Positions 9,242 to 18,321 of a DNA stretch of 64,000 bases are shown here, piece by piece. Every line of letters starts with the position of its first letter. Within the stretch, counting starts at the first letter, position 1. The stretch comes from a virus. Under the pieces are notes generated by a model. The model was given only the letters and a program-made list of their open reading frames with translations, made no database searches and was not told the origin of the DNA. The stretch covers positions 811 to 64,810 of IMG/VR virus record IMGVR_UViG_3300028804_000005, one strand, 5' to 3'. Both the position numbers and the translations under genes were made by a program.

Positions 9242-10530
9242 GAGGCGGCATCCGTCGCAAACAGGGCTTGCTGCGTGCCCGACTTGAGGCAGTGGGGCGA
9301 GAACCAGATCCGCTCTCGCTCCCGGTTGTCGTTGTCCGCGCCGGCATAACCGCGCGCCGCCTTCCACTCGACGCAGGCCCAGCTCTCGGGCATGGCGTGC
9401 TCGCCCTCGTAGCCGCAGAGCGCGATGCGGAGGTCCGGGTCGTCGCCGTGCTCGACCGCCCAGTCGCGGGCCAGGGCACTGACGCTAGCGTCGTCCTCCG
9501 AGTAGAGCCCAGGGTCTCGGAACTCATGCGAGTAGGGCGGGTCGAGGAACACCGCGCACGGCCGGCGGCCCCCCACGTTCTTGCCCTTGCCGAGCACGCT
9601 GGGGCCGAGCACTCGCGTCCAGTCGCCACACGCCACGCGCACTCGGCGGAGCCTCTCCTGGAGCATGCGGAACCAGTCCGTGCAGGGTGCTGCGCTGACA
9701 CCATGGATGCCGCGGTCGTTTCCGAGCCCAGGGAGGTGCACGCCGGCCCCAGATGACGTCTGCGGGGCAAGGCGTGCACCTCCCTGGGCTCGCTCGTGCG
9801 CTCGGAGCAGGCCGTTCGCCACGACACCACGCCCGGTCCCGACGTTGCCGTTCTTGTCGCCGACCACGCCCAGATCGGGCAGTTGCGCGCGGAGTACTCC
9901 GCGGTCCATCCCGGCCAGGGTCGGCCGCTTCGCTTGCTCGCTTGGCGCCTCTCCGCGGTGGTCGCGAGGAACCCGCTCCGAGTGGACTCCCATGCCCGTC
10001 GAGTCGCCCTGGATGCTCGGCCGCTGGCGTGACCGCACCGCGCGCGAGCGCCCAGCGCCACGCTCGGAATGCACGCCCTTGCCGATGCCATCGAGCTTCG
10101 GGTGCTTGTGGTTGTTCGGCTCGGCGCACCAGCCGCCGCCGATCCACTGGCAGATCCCCCACACCCACCAGCCCGCGATCTTCGCGTCGTAGTAATCCGG
10201 GTCCGTGTGCATCTGCTCGCGCAGGCGCGGGAGCTCGGCGACGAGCCACTTGTGGCGCGCGTGCAGGTCCGCCTCGTTCACGGGCCAGTCGCAGTGCTCC
10301 GCGACGAGCTCGGGCTCGGCCGTGACGGCGCGCCAGAAGTTGGCGATGTACCGATCGCGGTCGTTGACTGTCTCGATCTTGCCGGGACCGCCTGGCCGCG
10401 CGAGGAGCACCGCCAGGCTGCCCGCGAAGGGCTCGACGTAGTTGTTCACGTCGTGGCCGAAGGCGCGCCAGACCACGTCGGCGACGCGCCGTTTGCCACC
10501 GAACCAAGGGAAGGGGGCACGAAGGCTCAC
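9238..10530 (-). CDS. D12-class (Dam-like) N6-adenine DNA methyltransferase with repeat insert
   Basis: PFPWFGGK, YVEPFAGS, TVND and FLDPPY motifs in alpha-class order. Confidence 0.9.
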   Translation of the reverse strand: MSLRAPFPWFGGKRRVADVVWRAFGHDVNNYVEPFAGSLAVLLARPGGPGKIETVNDRDRYIANFWRAVTAEPELVAEHCDWPVNEADLHARHKWLVAELPRLREQMHTDPDYYDAKIAGWWVWGICQWIGGGWCAEPNNHKHPKLDGIGKGVHSERGAGRSRAVRSRQRPSIQGDSTGMGVHSERVPRDHRGEAPSEQAKRPTLAGMDRGVLRAQLPDLGVVGDKNGNVGTGRGVVANGLLRAHERAQGGARLAPQTSSGAGVHLPGLGNDRGIHGVSAAPCTDWFRMLQERLRRVRVACGDWTRVLGPSVLGKGKNVGGRRPCAVFLDPPYSHEFRDPGLYSEDDASVSALARDWAVEHGDDPDLRIALCGYEGEHAMPESWACVEWKAARGYAGADNDNRERERIWFSPHCLKSGTQQALFATDAAS

Positions 10531-11522
10531 GCGCCGCCCCCCACTGCCGCCACGACGCCGGCCAGCACGGCTCGAGCTGCCTCGGCCTGGCCGCGCACCG
10601 GAGCCACGTCAGGGCCGCCCAGGCGCGCCCGCTCCTCGGCCTCCATGCGGTCGCGGGCGGCGCGGGCCCGGAGCGTTGCGGCGTCGGGTGCCTCGGGCTT
10701 CTTCGGCCGCTTGGTCGGCTCTGACCAGTCGCTCCGGATGGCCGCGAAGAGCTGCCGGCGCCACATGGCCACGCTCGGCCTGCGGGTCTCGCCGTCGCAC
10801 CACTTGCCGACCTGGTGGGTCGTCAGCGCGTCGATGGCCCACCCCGGGATCCCGAGGTTCAGCTCCGCCATGGCGCGCTGGTCCTCGGTCAGAGCCAGGT
10901 CCCGTGGACAGAGAACCGGCCCGCCCGCCCCCTCGGGGGGTAGGGGGGGATCTCTTTCGGGATCGGGATCGGGATCGGGATCGGGAGTTCGGAGCGTTCG
11001 GGCGGCGTTCGGCCGAACGTCGTTCGGGGAGTCGCTCGAACGACGTTCGGTGGGTGGCGTGTTTTCTGCTGGTTCCTCGCTCGGGCCAGAGGGTTCGTTC
11101 GGCCGAACGGTTTTCCTAACGGGAGGCTGTGCCGTTCCGAACGCCTGCCTGCGACGTTCGGCGGACGTTCGGCCAGCCTTGCGAGCCGCCTCCGACCTGC
11201 TCATGGCCTCGCGCTCGGGCTGGTAGTAGCCCCAGTCGTGGAACCTCCAGCCGCCCTCTGCCGCCTCCCAGAGGCCCACGGAGAAGACGCCTCCGCCGGT
11301 GGCCTCCACGAGCTCGCGGGCGAGCGCCTCGGCCTCCTCCTGCCCGACCCGGTTCTTCAGGATGGTCGTGAGCTTGGAGCGTGGCACGAAGCCATTGGTG
11401 CGCGCGTTCGTCGCCTTGCGACACCAGCACGCGGCCCGTACCCAGAGCGCGAGCGCTCCTGGGCTCAGGTCTTCGACCTTCCCGTGATCGGCGAAGCCGT
11501 CGTCGATGCGCAGCCAGGGCAT
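10527..11522 (-). CDS. Phage replication initiator (O-like)
   Basis: MPWLRIDDGFADHGKV N-terminus, WRFHDWGYYQP, PDPDPDP linker, internal iteron-like repeats, upstream of dnaB. Confidence 0.8.
   Translation of the reverse strand: MPWLRIDDGFADHGKVEDLSPGALALWVRAACWCRKATNARTNGFVPRSKLTTILKNRVGQEEAEALARELVEATGGGVFSVGLWEAAEGGWRFHDWGYYQPEREAMSRSEAARKAGRTSAERRRQAFGTAQPPVRKTVRPNEPSGPSEEPAENTPPTERRSSDSPNDVRPNAARTLRTPDPDPDPDPERDPPLPPEGAGGPVLCPRDLALTEDQRAMAELNLGIPGWAIDALTTHQVGKWCDGETRRPSVAMWRRQLFAAIRSDWSEPTKRPKKPEAPDAATLRARAARDRMEAEERARLGGPDVAPVRGQAEAARAVLAGVVAAVGGGA
10949..11172. repeat. Probable replication origin: CGTTCGG iterons plus GGGATC tandem
   Basis: CGTTCGG at 10995, 11006, 11021, 11044, 11096, 11155, 11166; palindrome CGTTCGGCCGAACG at 11006-11019 and 11096-11109; GATC at 10949, 10961, 10967, 10973, 10979. 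Confidence 0.7.
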
Positions 11523-11524
11523 AC

Positions 11525-12088
11525 TCAGTCTCCCGTGTAGATCGAGATCACGCCGAGCCCGGCCTTCGGAGGCGCCGGCTCCCACCAGCACTCGACGTCG
11601 GCGTGTCGAGGGCTGTCGTCCACGAGGAAGCCGAGCCGCAGCGTGGGGACGTAGCGGCGCGGCGTGCCCTTGCGGGTCAGGGGGGGCGGCGGCACGCAGA
11701 GCATGTCCACCGCGACCTTGAACCCGTCAGCGAAGCGGTCGGGCTCGACCGAGCTGAAGCGGCAGCACAGCACCTGGGGGCGCCCCTGGAGCGGCGCGGG
11801 CCGCGGGAGGCACTGGGCCGCCATGGCCGCCGCGACGTTCTCCTTGAGCAGCGCCAGGACCCAGTTGATGCCGCCCCGCGTCGCGTTCTGCACCCGGAGC
11901 AGCTCGAGCGGGAGCACGAAGCGCTGGACGAGCGCGCCGCGCGGCTCGGGCCGTCGGATGTGCGGCCGCGCCGGCGGGAGCGCCCAGGCCGCCTCGGCGA
12001 ACCTGAGCGCTTCCACGCGGTCGAACGGGGCCCGCTGCCGCGGCACCAGCCTTCGTGGCGCCGCGGCTCGTGTGGGCAGTCCCGTCAT
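11525..12088 (-). CDS. RusA-like Holliday junction resolvase
   Basis: PD...K...D and LGFLVDDSP acidic motifs; next to replication genes. Confidence 0.55.
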   Translation of the reverse strand: MTGLPTRAAAPRRLVPRQRAPFDRVEALRFAEAAWALPPARPHIRRPEPRGALVQRFVLPLELLRVQNATRGGINWVLALLKENVAAAMAAQCLPRPAPLQGRPQVLCCRFSSVEPDRFADGFKVAVDMLCVPPPPLTRKGTPRRYVPTLRLGFLVDDSPRHADVECWWEPAPPKAGLGVISIYTGD

Positions 12089-13011
12089 TCCGGCGTCCCG
12101 AAGAAGAGCGGGAGCCCGGTCGCCTCGGTCGCCACCTTGCACGCCTCCCGGATCGCGTCGTCGAAGACGAGCTCGGGCCGGTAGAGCTCGACCGACCACG
12201 TGATGCCGCCGCTGACCCGGTAGCGCAGGCGCACCGGGATCTGGTAGCGCGCCCCCGACTTGAAGACCGGGATCGCGATGAGGAAGGCCGCCGGTACCTT
12301 GAGCGGTGCGCCCCGCTCGTCGGTGTGCTGGGTCTCGAAGGTGATCTGGGTCTCGCCCGACGAGAGCTCGACCGCGTTCGCGACCTTGGACGCGACCCGG
12401 ACGCTGAGCCCGCGCTTCAGCGCCATGAGCTGCCCGGCGTTGGCGAGCTTGGTGTCGAGGGCCGCCAGCATGGCCTTGGCGGCCGCGCCGGCGATGGCGG
12501 GGTCGGCCACGTCGAGGATGCGGTCCTCGATGAAGCCGGCGAACTCGCCCTGGCTCATGGCCTCGCCGGAGCGATCGCGCCAAGCCTTCCACTCCTCGGA
12601 GAGCGGGAACTCGTAGACGCAGCGGTGGTCGCCGAAGCGCGGGCGACCGTCGCCGCCGCGGTGGTAGTTGAGCACCGCGATCAGGGAGGCCTCGCACCCC
12701 GCTTCGTCGTCCACGACGTGTGCGAAGATGGCCGAGTCCTCGTCCTTGAAGCGGTTCACGTGGTCGCAGAACGACTGGAGCGTCGTGACGCGCGCGGTGC
12801 CGTTGCGGCGCTCGGGCTCCTGGCGCCACTCGTCCACGAAGCGCTTGATGCTCTCGGCCATGACGCCGCTGGTCGTCGGCCTGAGCAGGATCGGGACCGA
12901 CTCGAGCATGTTCTCGTTGCCATCGGTCAGGTCGATGACCTTCGCCTGGTTGGCTTCCTTGGTCGCCCTGACGAGGGCCTCGATCTCGCTGGATGTGATC
13001 TGCGCGGTCAT
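12085..13011 (-). CDS. DUF2303 (YfdQ-like) protein
   Basis: LIAVLNYH, FGDHR, SEEWKAW, MSQGEFAGFIED, IAIPVF, RLRYR motifs. Confidence 0.85.
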   Translation of the reverse strand: MTAQITSSEIEALVRATKEANQAKVIDLTDGNENMLESVPILLRPTTSGVMAESIKRFVDEWRQEPERRNGTARVTTLQSFCDHVNRFKDEDSAIFAHVVDDEAGCEASLIAVLNYHRGGDGRPRFGDHRCVYEFPLSEEWKAWRDRSGEAMSQGEFAGFIEDRILDVADPAIAGAAAKAMLAALDTKLANAGQLMALKRGLSVRVASKVANAVELSSGETQITFETQHTDERGAPLKVPAAFLIAIPVFKSGARYQIPVRLRYRVSGGITWSVELYRPELVFDDAIREACKVATEATGLPLFFGTPE

Positions 13012-13138
13012 TGTGCCTCCACGGTGCGGGTCTCGGGTTCGGCGGGCTTCACCTCGCGCACCTTGGGCAGGTCGAGCTGGCGCTCGTCCTGGCGCGAGAG
13101 GTTGTGGCCCCGCGTTGCGGTTTCGGTTCTGCTCCCAT
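13008..13138 (-). pseudogene. Internally deleted partner gene of DUF2303 (YfdP-like)
   Basis: GGAAAGG RBS and MGAEPKPQR joined out of frame to the typical C-terminus NLSRQDERQLDLP. Confidence 0.5.
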
Positions 13139-13170
13139 GATGATCGTGCCCTTTCCTGGCGCTGCGCGCC

Positions 13171-13701
13171 TCACTCCTGGTCAGCCCAGGTCCAAACGTC
13201 GAAGCCACCCGGAACGGCCGAGTAGCAGCAGAGGATCAGGTCCTTCGGGTACGGGTCGGGCGACCCGACGAACGTCAGGCGCCCATTCAGCGCGAGCACG
13301 CCGGCCTTGCGGTGGACCCAGTCCCGGTACCAGTTAGCGCCCACGCTCGCCGGCACCAGCATCAGTATGTTCGCGCCGCGCTGCGACTGTTCGTAGCAGC
13401 GGCGGGCCCAGGGCCCGATGTCGGCGAACGGCGGGTTCAGCCAGAGCCAGCCGGTGGGCAGAGCCGAGCAAAGTGGCCACCACTCCTGGTGGAGCGCATC
13501 CTGCTGGGGCGAGAAGAACGAGCCCGGCACCTTCGTGTTCGCCTCGGTCGCCGCCAGGTCGTGGATGATCCGGCCGAAGCGAGACTCCACCGCGTTGAAG
13601 AACGCCGGCGGGGTCTCGTAGTCCTGCCTGCTCTTGCCACGCTGGAGCCTCGCGCCCGTGAGTTGCGCCGCGATCTCGGCCTCGGGGAGGAGCTCGGTCA
13701 C
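13171..13701 (-). CDS. Phage-type N6-adenine DNA methyltransferase
   Basis: DYETPP, DLAA, WLNPPF, LMLVPA and GRLTF motifs of the small phage Dam family. Confidence 0.88.
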   Translation of the reverse strand: MTELLPEAEIAAQLTGARLQRGKSRQDYETPPAFFNAVESRFGRIIHDLAATEANTKVPGSFFSPQQDALHQEWWPLCSALPTGWLWLNPPFADIGPWARRCYEQSQRGANILMLVPASVGANWYRDWVHRKAGVLALNGRLTFVGSPDPYPKDLILCCYSAVPGGFDVWTWADQE

Positions 13702-13783
13702 TTCGCACCTGCCCGGCACTCGCGCCCGTCCCAGGAACTGCCGGCCGCGACACACGCCTTCGCATTCGTTGCTCTGCACGAAC

Positions 13784-14014
13784 TCATTGCTGATCACACG
13801 CGCACGGCGCATAACCGCACGCCCCGCATTCGCCGCGTTCACTCGCGGCGACCATCGCTCTATCCGCCGACTCGCGCGCCATCGTCTGCCGAACGGCTCG
13901 CTCGACCCACCTGGAGAACTCCAGATTGGCGAGTTTTGCGGCTTCGCGCGCGTAGTCTCGTAGGACCGGGTCCACCCACGCCGACAGCACTACGCGCCCG
14001 TCCTTGTGGCTCAT
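13784..14014 (-). CDS. Small ribbon-helix-helix-like protein with Cys-rich tail
   Basis: VVLSAWVDPVLRD..AAK..FSRWVERAV; CGACGYAPCAC. Confidence 0.55.
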   Translation of the reverse strand: MSHKDGRVVLSAWVDPVLRDYAREAAKLANLEFSRWVERAVRQTMARESADRAMVAASERGECGACGYAPCACDQQ

Positions 14015-14202
14015 TTTCCGACCGCCTCTCCGACGAGACACGCGAGGCACACTTCACACTCGGGACCGCGCTCCTCCCAGTGGTGGTCGCACGGGCACTC
14101 GCAGCCGTTCTCTTCGAGCAGCTTGCGGACCGCTCGCAGGCGCTCCTCTGCATCCATCGAGCTCACCACGAGCGGGAAGCTGTCCTCGATGTCCCGCATC
14201 AC
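14011..14202 (-). CDS. Small Cys-rich hypothetical protein
   Basis: CECPC..CEVCLAC; coupled ORF. Confidence 0.5.
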   Translation of the reverse strand: MMRDIEDSFPLVVSSMDAEERLRAVRKLLEENGCECPCDHHWEERGPECEVCLACLVGEAVGK

Positions 14203-14765
14203 GCCACCCTCCGCGCGATGTGCCGGCCGCCGAGCTCGAGCCAGCGCGTGATGAAGGCCTCCTCCGCGTGCTCGGCGGACCAGGACACGATCTCGACCGG
14301 GAGGGGGTCCGGCATGGGGTGCCAGGGGCGCGGAGGCGCCGCCATGACGTCTCGGGCCTCCGTCGCGAGCATGATCTCGTCGGCCAGCTTGACCTCCGGG
14401 TGGAGGTCCACGAGCTCGACGCCAAAGCGGAGCCCGATGGCTCGGGCGACGCCCAGCTCCAACTGCTTGTAGACCGACCCCAAGACCCCCTTGATGGGCC
14501 GCGGCACGTCGACCACGTAGGCCTCTGCCGCGTCGTGCAGCAGCGCGGCCAGGGCGAGGGGCTCAGGCACGATCCAGGACGCGCGCACCGAGTGCTCCGC
14601 CACCGAGTAGTGCGGGCACGTCACGTGGCCGGCGAAGCGGCACTGGCGGGCTAACGCGTGCGCGATGTCTTCGATCGCGACGTCCTCCGGGTTCGGGTCG
14701 CAGGGCCAGAAGGCCCGGCCCGTGTAGGTCTGCATCCAGTCGCCGCGGTTGGGTTGTGTCGTCAT
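14199..14765 (-). CDS. HD-domain phosphohydrolase (YfdR-like nucleotidase)
   Basis: IEDIAHALARQCRFAGH, YSVAEHSV, LLHDAAEAY. Confidence 0.9.
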   Translation of the reverse strand: MTTQPNRGDWMQTYTGRAFWPCDPNPEDVAIEDIAHALARQCRFAGHVTCPHYSVAEHSVRASWIVPEPLALAALLHDAAEAYVVDVPRPIKGVLGSVYKQLELGVARAIGLRFGVELVDLHPEVKLADEIMLATEARDVMAAPPRPWHPMPDPLPVEIVSWSAEHAEEAFITRWLELGGRHIARRVA

Positions 14766-14767
14766 GG

Positions 14768-15058
14768 TCAGATCCTCAGGGTTGCGGCGACCGCCTTCGC
14801 GTAGGCGATGTCGTCCAGGTTGGAGCCGTGCAGGACGGCGTGGAGCCACGCGACCGCGTCCTCGCTGGGGCGCTTGGCGTGGTGGATGCAGAGCCGGAGC
14901 TCGCACGCGTTCACCGAGACGTGACGCCAGGGCAGGTCGCGGGTCGCGAGCCGATCGGGCGCCTCGGCGACGCGCCGGAGCCAGAGCAGCGCGTTCTGCC
15001 GGTTGATGAGCGCGACGTCCGCCGCCTGCTCAGGGGTGAGCTTGACTGGTCCTTTCAA
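14768..15058 (-). CDS. Hypothetical protein
   Basis: TTGA-coupled ORF. Confidence 0.5.
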   Translation of the reverse strand: MKGPVKLTPEQAADVALINRQNALLWLRRVAEAPDRLATRDLPWRHVSVNACELRLCIHHAKRPSEDAVAWLHAVLHGSNLDDIAYAKAVAATLRI

Positions 15059-15765
15059 AACACGCCCTCCTCTTGCGGCCACAGGGTGGCCTTGACGCCC
15101 TTGCCCTCGACGCGGAGCCCGGCGAGCGCTGGGCCGCGCCTGCGGCCGACGCTGGCCAGCATTCGCGGCAGGGCTTGCGTGATGAAGCTCCGGCTGTACT
15201 CGTGGCGAATCGCCTTCTCAGCCTCGCCCGTCGTCACGCCGGGGTGCTGGCGCACGTACTCGGTCAGCTCCGCCATGGTGCGCTTGAACTGCGTGCTGTA
15301 GCCGCCGCCGTTGGTGCCGGCCTCTGCCGCGTCCTTCTGCTCGGGGTGTAGCCTCGCGTCCCAGGCGCTCAGGTTCTTGGGCGACAGCACGAGGGGCTCT
15401 TGGCGGACATTCCACTTGGTGTGGTGGAACTGCCTGCGCGGATCGACCTCGAGCACGCCCAGCCCGAGCACGCCGCAGACGTGGGTCGCCAGCCGGCGCT
15501 CGTCGCTGTTGTAGCCCCGCACCGCAACGCCCACGGCCACCCACGACTCGGTGGCCTGCCGGTCTCTGGTGACGTCGATCCACCGCTGCGCCTGGGCTAT
15601 GACCCCGAGGCCGAAGCTGACCTTGCACTCGACCGCGACGACCACGCCGTGGGCCCGGCCCACCAGGTCGATGCGGTGCCCGTCGACCACGACCTCCTGG
15701 AAGACCTCCAGGCCGCGGCCCTCCAGCCAGCCCTTCGCCACGGCGCCGATCTCGGTCTCACGCAT
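15055..15765 (-). CDS. PD-(D/E)xK-fold nuclease-like protein
   Basis: VFQEV..RIDLVG..AVECK...QA pattern. Confidence 0.65.
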   Translation of the reverse strand: MRETEIGAVAKGWLEGRGLEVFQEVVVDGHRIDLVGRAHGVVVAVECKVSFGLGVIAQAQRWIDVTRDRQATESWVAVGVAVRGYNSDERRLATHVCGVLGLGVLEVDPRRQFHHTKWNVRQEPLVLSPKNLSAWDARLHPEQKDAAEAGTNGGGYSTQFKRTMAELTEYVRQHPGVTTGEAEKAIRHEYSRSFITQALPRMLASVGRRRGPALAGLRVEGKGVKATLWPQEEGVF

Positions 15766-16024
15766 GGCGCCCTCGGAGTCGCTGAAGAAGAGCGCGATCC
15801 GCTGCGACCTGCTCCTCGAAAGACAGGTGCTCACCGAAGCGACTGAAGTGCCCGTTGAACGGGCAGGGTTCGTTGATGATCCATCGGCTCCGGCCTAGAG
15901 CACCAGGGAGCCGGTCCAGTTCGCGCTCCAGTTCATAGTTGCGAGCCCGCTCCGAGAACTCCACCCCCTGCGACGCGAGCAGGGACCTGGCCGCTTCGCG
16001 GCCAATCCGCTTGGTTTCACGCAT
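15758..16024 (-). CDS. Hypothetical protein
   Basis: Overlapping ORF in the operon. Confidence 0.45.
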   Translation of the reverse strand: MRETKRIGREAARSLLASQGVEFSERARNYELERELDRLPGALGRSRWIINEPCPFNGHFSRFGEHLSFEEQVAADRALLQRLRGRHA

Positions 16025-16535
16025 GGTCGAGGGCCTTCCAGTAGGGTTCGATCACGGTGTCGGCCGGGCGGTAGAGCGGGTGCATGGGCGAGCCCTGCCC
16101 CGTGGTCCCGAGACAGAAGACCTCACGCCGTTCGAGCAGCGTGCCGAGGATGTGGTCCTCGCGGTCGGTGTTGCCGTTGTTGCCCCACGCCACGACGATG
16201 CACTCGGCAACGTCGCCCAGGCTTCGGATCCAGCTGTCGTTGTCCGGCCCGACCGGGTCCTCGGCCTGCCACAGCTCCGACGGGTACGGAGTGCGGAACG
16301 CGAACATGTTCGCGACGTCGAGCGCGTCGTATCCCCAGCGCTGCGCGAACGCGATGCACCGGCGGATCGTCGGGTCGTCCTGCTCCGAGTCCGCGGTGCT
16401 CGGGTTGAGCATGATGAACAGGCAGCGCCGCTTGGGCTCGGGCACCCACTCGCGCCAGAGCGCGTAGCGGTAGAGCCCGCAGTCCGAGAAGACGGCGCGC
16501 GGCGGCGCCGCGGCCAGCATGCCGAGCTGGCTCAC
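16017..16535 (-). CDS. DUF1643 family protein
   Basis: YRYALWREW, FIMLNPSTAD..DDPTIRRC, VVAWG, PMHPLY. Confidence 0.9.
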   Translation of the reverse strand: MSQLGMLAAAPPRAVFSDCGLYRYALWREWVPEPKRRCLFIMLNPSTADSEQDDPTIRRCIAFAQRWGYDALDVANMFAFRTPYPSELWQAEDPVGPDNDSWIRSLGDVAECIVVAWGNNGNTDREDHILGTLLERREVFCLGTTGQGSPMHPLYRPADTVIEPYWKALDHA

Positions 16536-17449
16536 CGTCGAGCCTCCGGGAACTCCGCGTGCTGAGCCCCGTCCAGCAGCGGCAGAGAGACCTTCCGCCC
16601 GCCCTCGACGCGCTGCTTGTAGAAGAACCGGACGCCAGCCGTGGCGCACTGGTCGCGCAGCGAACGGATCCAGTCCTCCTGCATCGGGCGGGCGCCGCGG
16701 CCTGACTCGGCACCGGCGATTACCCAGTCGATGCCACTGAGGTCGAGCGCTCCGAGGTCTTCCAGCAGTGGCTCACACGACAGGAAGCGCACGGCCGCGG
16801 TGGCCTCTCGAAGCGCATCGATGCGGAGGGCGTACTTGCGCGATTCGATGCTGACGCCGAGCCAGACGTTGGGCAGCGGCCAGAGCTTGTCGAGCGTGCA
16901 GTGGTTGCCCCACTCCCGTCGGCCGCTGACGCACTGGGAGAGCCATCCAGCGTCGCGACGGTCAATCGCGTACCGATGCGCCGCGCTGGCCACGAGGTCC
17001 CGGAACCTGCTGGACGTCGACACGTTGCGCATGCGCTCGGCGCGCTTCGTGAGGATCTGGAAGGTGTGCGGGCCACTGAGCGCGTTCGGCATCCGCAGCC
17101 CGCCGGCCAGCTTTTTGAAGCCATCGGCGGGGCGTTGAAACTTGCCCGAGGCAACGGCCATCACCCCGAAGACTTCGGCGATCTGCTCGTTCGAGAAGGC
17201 CTCGTGGAACAGGTCGCTCATGCTGTTGACGAAGATGCGGCGCGGCTTCTTCCAGTGGAGCGGCTTGTCGAGCTGGTCCGGCACGAACCGCGGGTCGAAG
17301 CCCTGCTCGTAGGCGTGCCCCGGGATGCCGCGCCAGCGCTCCGCGAACGTCTCGGCGTAGCAGTGTTTGCAGCCGGGGCCGACCTTGGTGCAGCCGCGCG
17401 TTGGGTTCCACGTCGCGTCGGTCCACTCGATCTTGGAGTCAGCGCCCAC
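16532..17449 (-). CDS. DUF5131 (phage Gp37/Gp68) radical-SAM-like protein
   Basis: SKIEWTDATWNPTRGCTKVGPGCKHCYA, FVNSMSDLFH, FQILTKR, FLSCEPLL, WVIAGAESG, FFYKQ. Confidence 0.93.
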   Translation of the reverse strand: MGADSKIEWTDATWNPTRGCTKVGPGCKHCYAETFAERWRGIPGHAYEQGFDPRFVPDQLDKPLHWKKPRRIFVNSMSDLFHEAFSNEQIAEVFGVMAVASGKFQRPADGFKKLAGGLRMPNALSGPHTFQILTKRAERMRNVSTSSRFRDLVASAAHRYAIDRRDAGWLSQCVSGRREWGNHCTLDKLWPLPNVWLGVSIESRKYALRIDALREATAAVRFLSCEPLLEDLGALDLSGIDWVIAGAESGRGARPMQEDWIRSLRDQCATAGVRFFYKQRVEGGRKVSLPLLDGAQHAEFPEARR

Positions 17450-17627
17450 GGTGGAACCCCTCCTGCTCGGCCGCCTTGGCTTCCAGCTCCCGGAGCGCGA
17501 TCCGGGTGACCTCGGCCGCGATGCCGAACCGCTGGTGGCGCGTGAGCTGAAGCGCCATGTCGAGCTTCTGCTCGAGCGGCAGCGCCAGGATCTCGTCGCG
17601 GAGGCGTTCAAGCTCAGCGCTAGCCAC
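17439..17627 (-). CDS. Small hypothetical protein
   Basis: Overlapping ORF in the operon. Confidence 0.5.
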   Translation of the reverse strand: MASAELERLRDEILALPLEQKLDMALQLTRHQRFGIAAEVTRIALRELEAKAAEQEGFHRGR

Positions 17628-18321
17628 GAAGCCCCTCCGCGTTCTTCCAGATCCGCACGGTGCGCTCGGGTGAGAGGATGCCGAAGTCCTGGTATTCGAC
17701 GTCGGGCGGGGCTGGCAGCTCCAGCGCGACGCAGCACGGGATCGCCACGACAGCGATGCGGTCGGCCACGATGGATCTGAGCGTGGCCGGCAGCCTGGCG
17801 TGCGAGTGGACCGCCACCACCAGCACGCGGTCGGCGACCACGAGGTGGTCCTCGATGTGGCTGGCGGACGGGCTCAGGCGCGCGACGCGCTCCCTGGTCC
17901 AGTCGCGGCCCGTGAGCGGGTCGACACTGATGCACTCCCAGCGGGTCCGGAACGCGAACGTGGCCCCGGTGCGGGGCGTGGCCCCGTCGCCCACCGCCAC
18001 GCACGTGATCGACGGGTCGCCAAGGTCCCAGTCCTTCAGGTGGTTCCGGACCGCGTTGAAGGCCCCGAAGCTCTCGGTCACCTCCTTGAGGTTGGGGAAC
18101 ACGTTGAGCGCCAGGAGGTCCGGCCAGCACCGGAGCTGGAAGAGCTCGGAGACGTAGCGGAGGCTCGACCGGATCCGGTGGTCGACGACCCGTCCGATCT
18201 GCTCGACGAAGCGGTCGCCGTCGCGGTGGAGGAGCCGGCGCGTGTCGCGCATCATCTTGCCGCAGCGCGGCGCCAGCGCGACCCGGTCGTCGTCCCAGCC
18301 CGATGTCTGGTGGCGGTTCAT
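17620..18321 (-). CDS. Putative Rossmann-fold SAM-dependent methyltransferase
   Basis: CVAVGDGATPRTG glycine loop, ISVDP acidic strand end, VHSH and IPCC motifs. Confidence 0.5.
   Translation of the reverse strand: MNRHQTSGWDDDRVALAPRCGKMMRDTRRLLHRDGDRFVEQIGRVVDHRIRSSLRYVSELFQLRCWPDLLALNVFPNLKEVTESFGAFNAVRNHLKDWDLGDPSITCVAVGDGATPRTGATFAFRTRWECISVDPLTGRDWTRERVARLSPSASHIEDHLVVADRVLVVAVHSHARLPATLRSIVADRIAVVAIPCCVALELPAPPDVEYQDFGILSPERTVRIWKNAEGLRG

Noticed and set aside
2213..11172. Short repeats considered as a CRISPR array
   Set aside because: Units are 6-14 bp, tandem or irregularly spaced, with no unique spacers of constant length and no cas genes
14199..14765. Z-genome (2-aminoadenine) pathway suggested by the HD hydrolase
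   Set aside because: No PurZ, MazZ or phage DNA polymerase in the window
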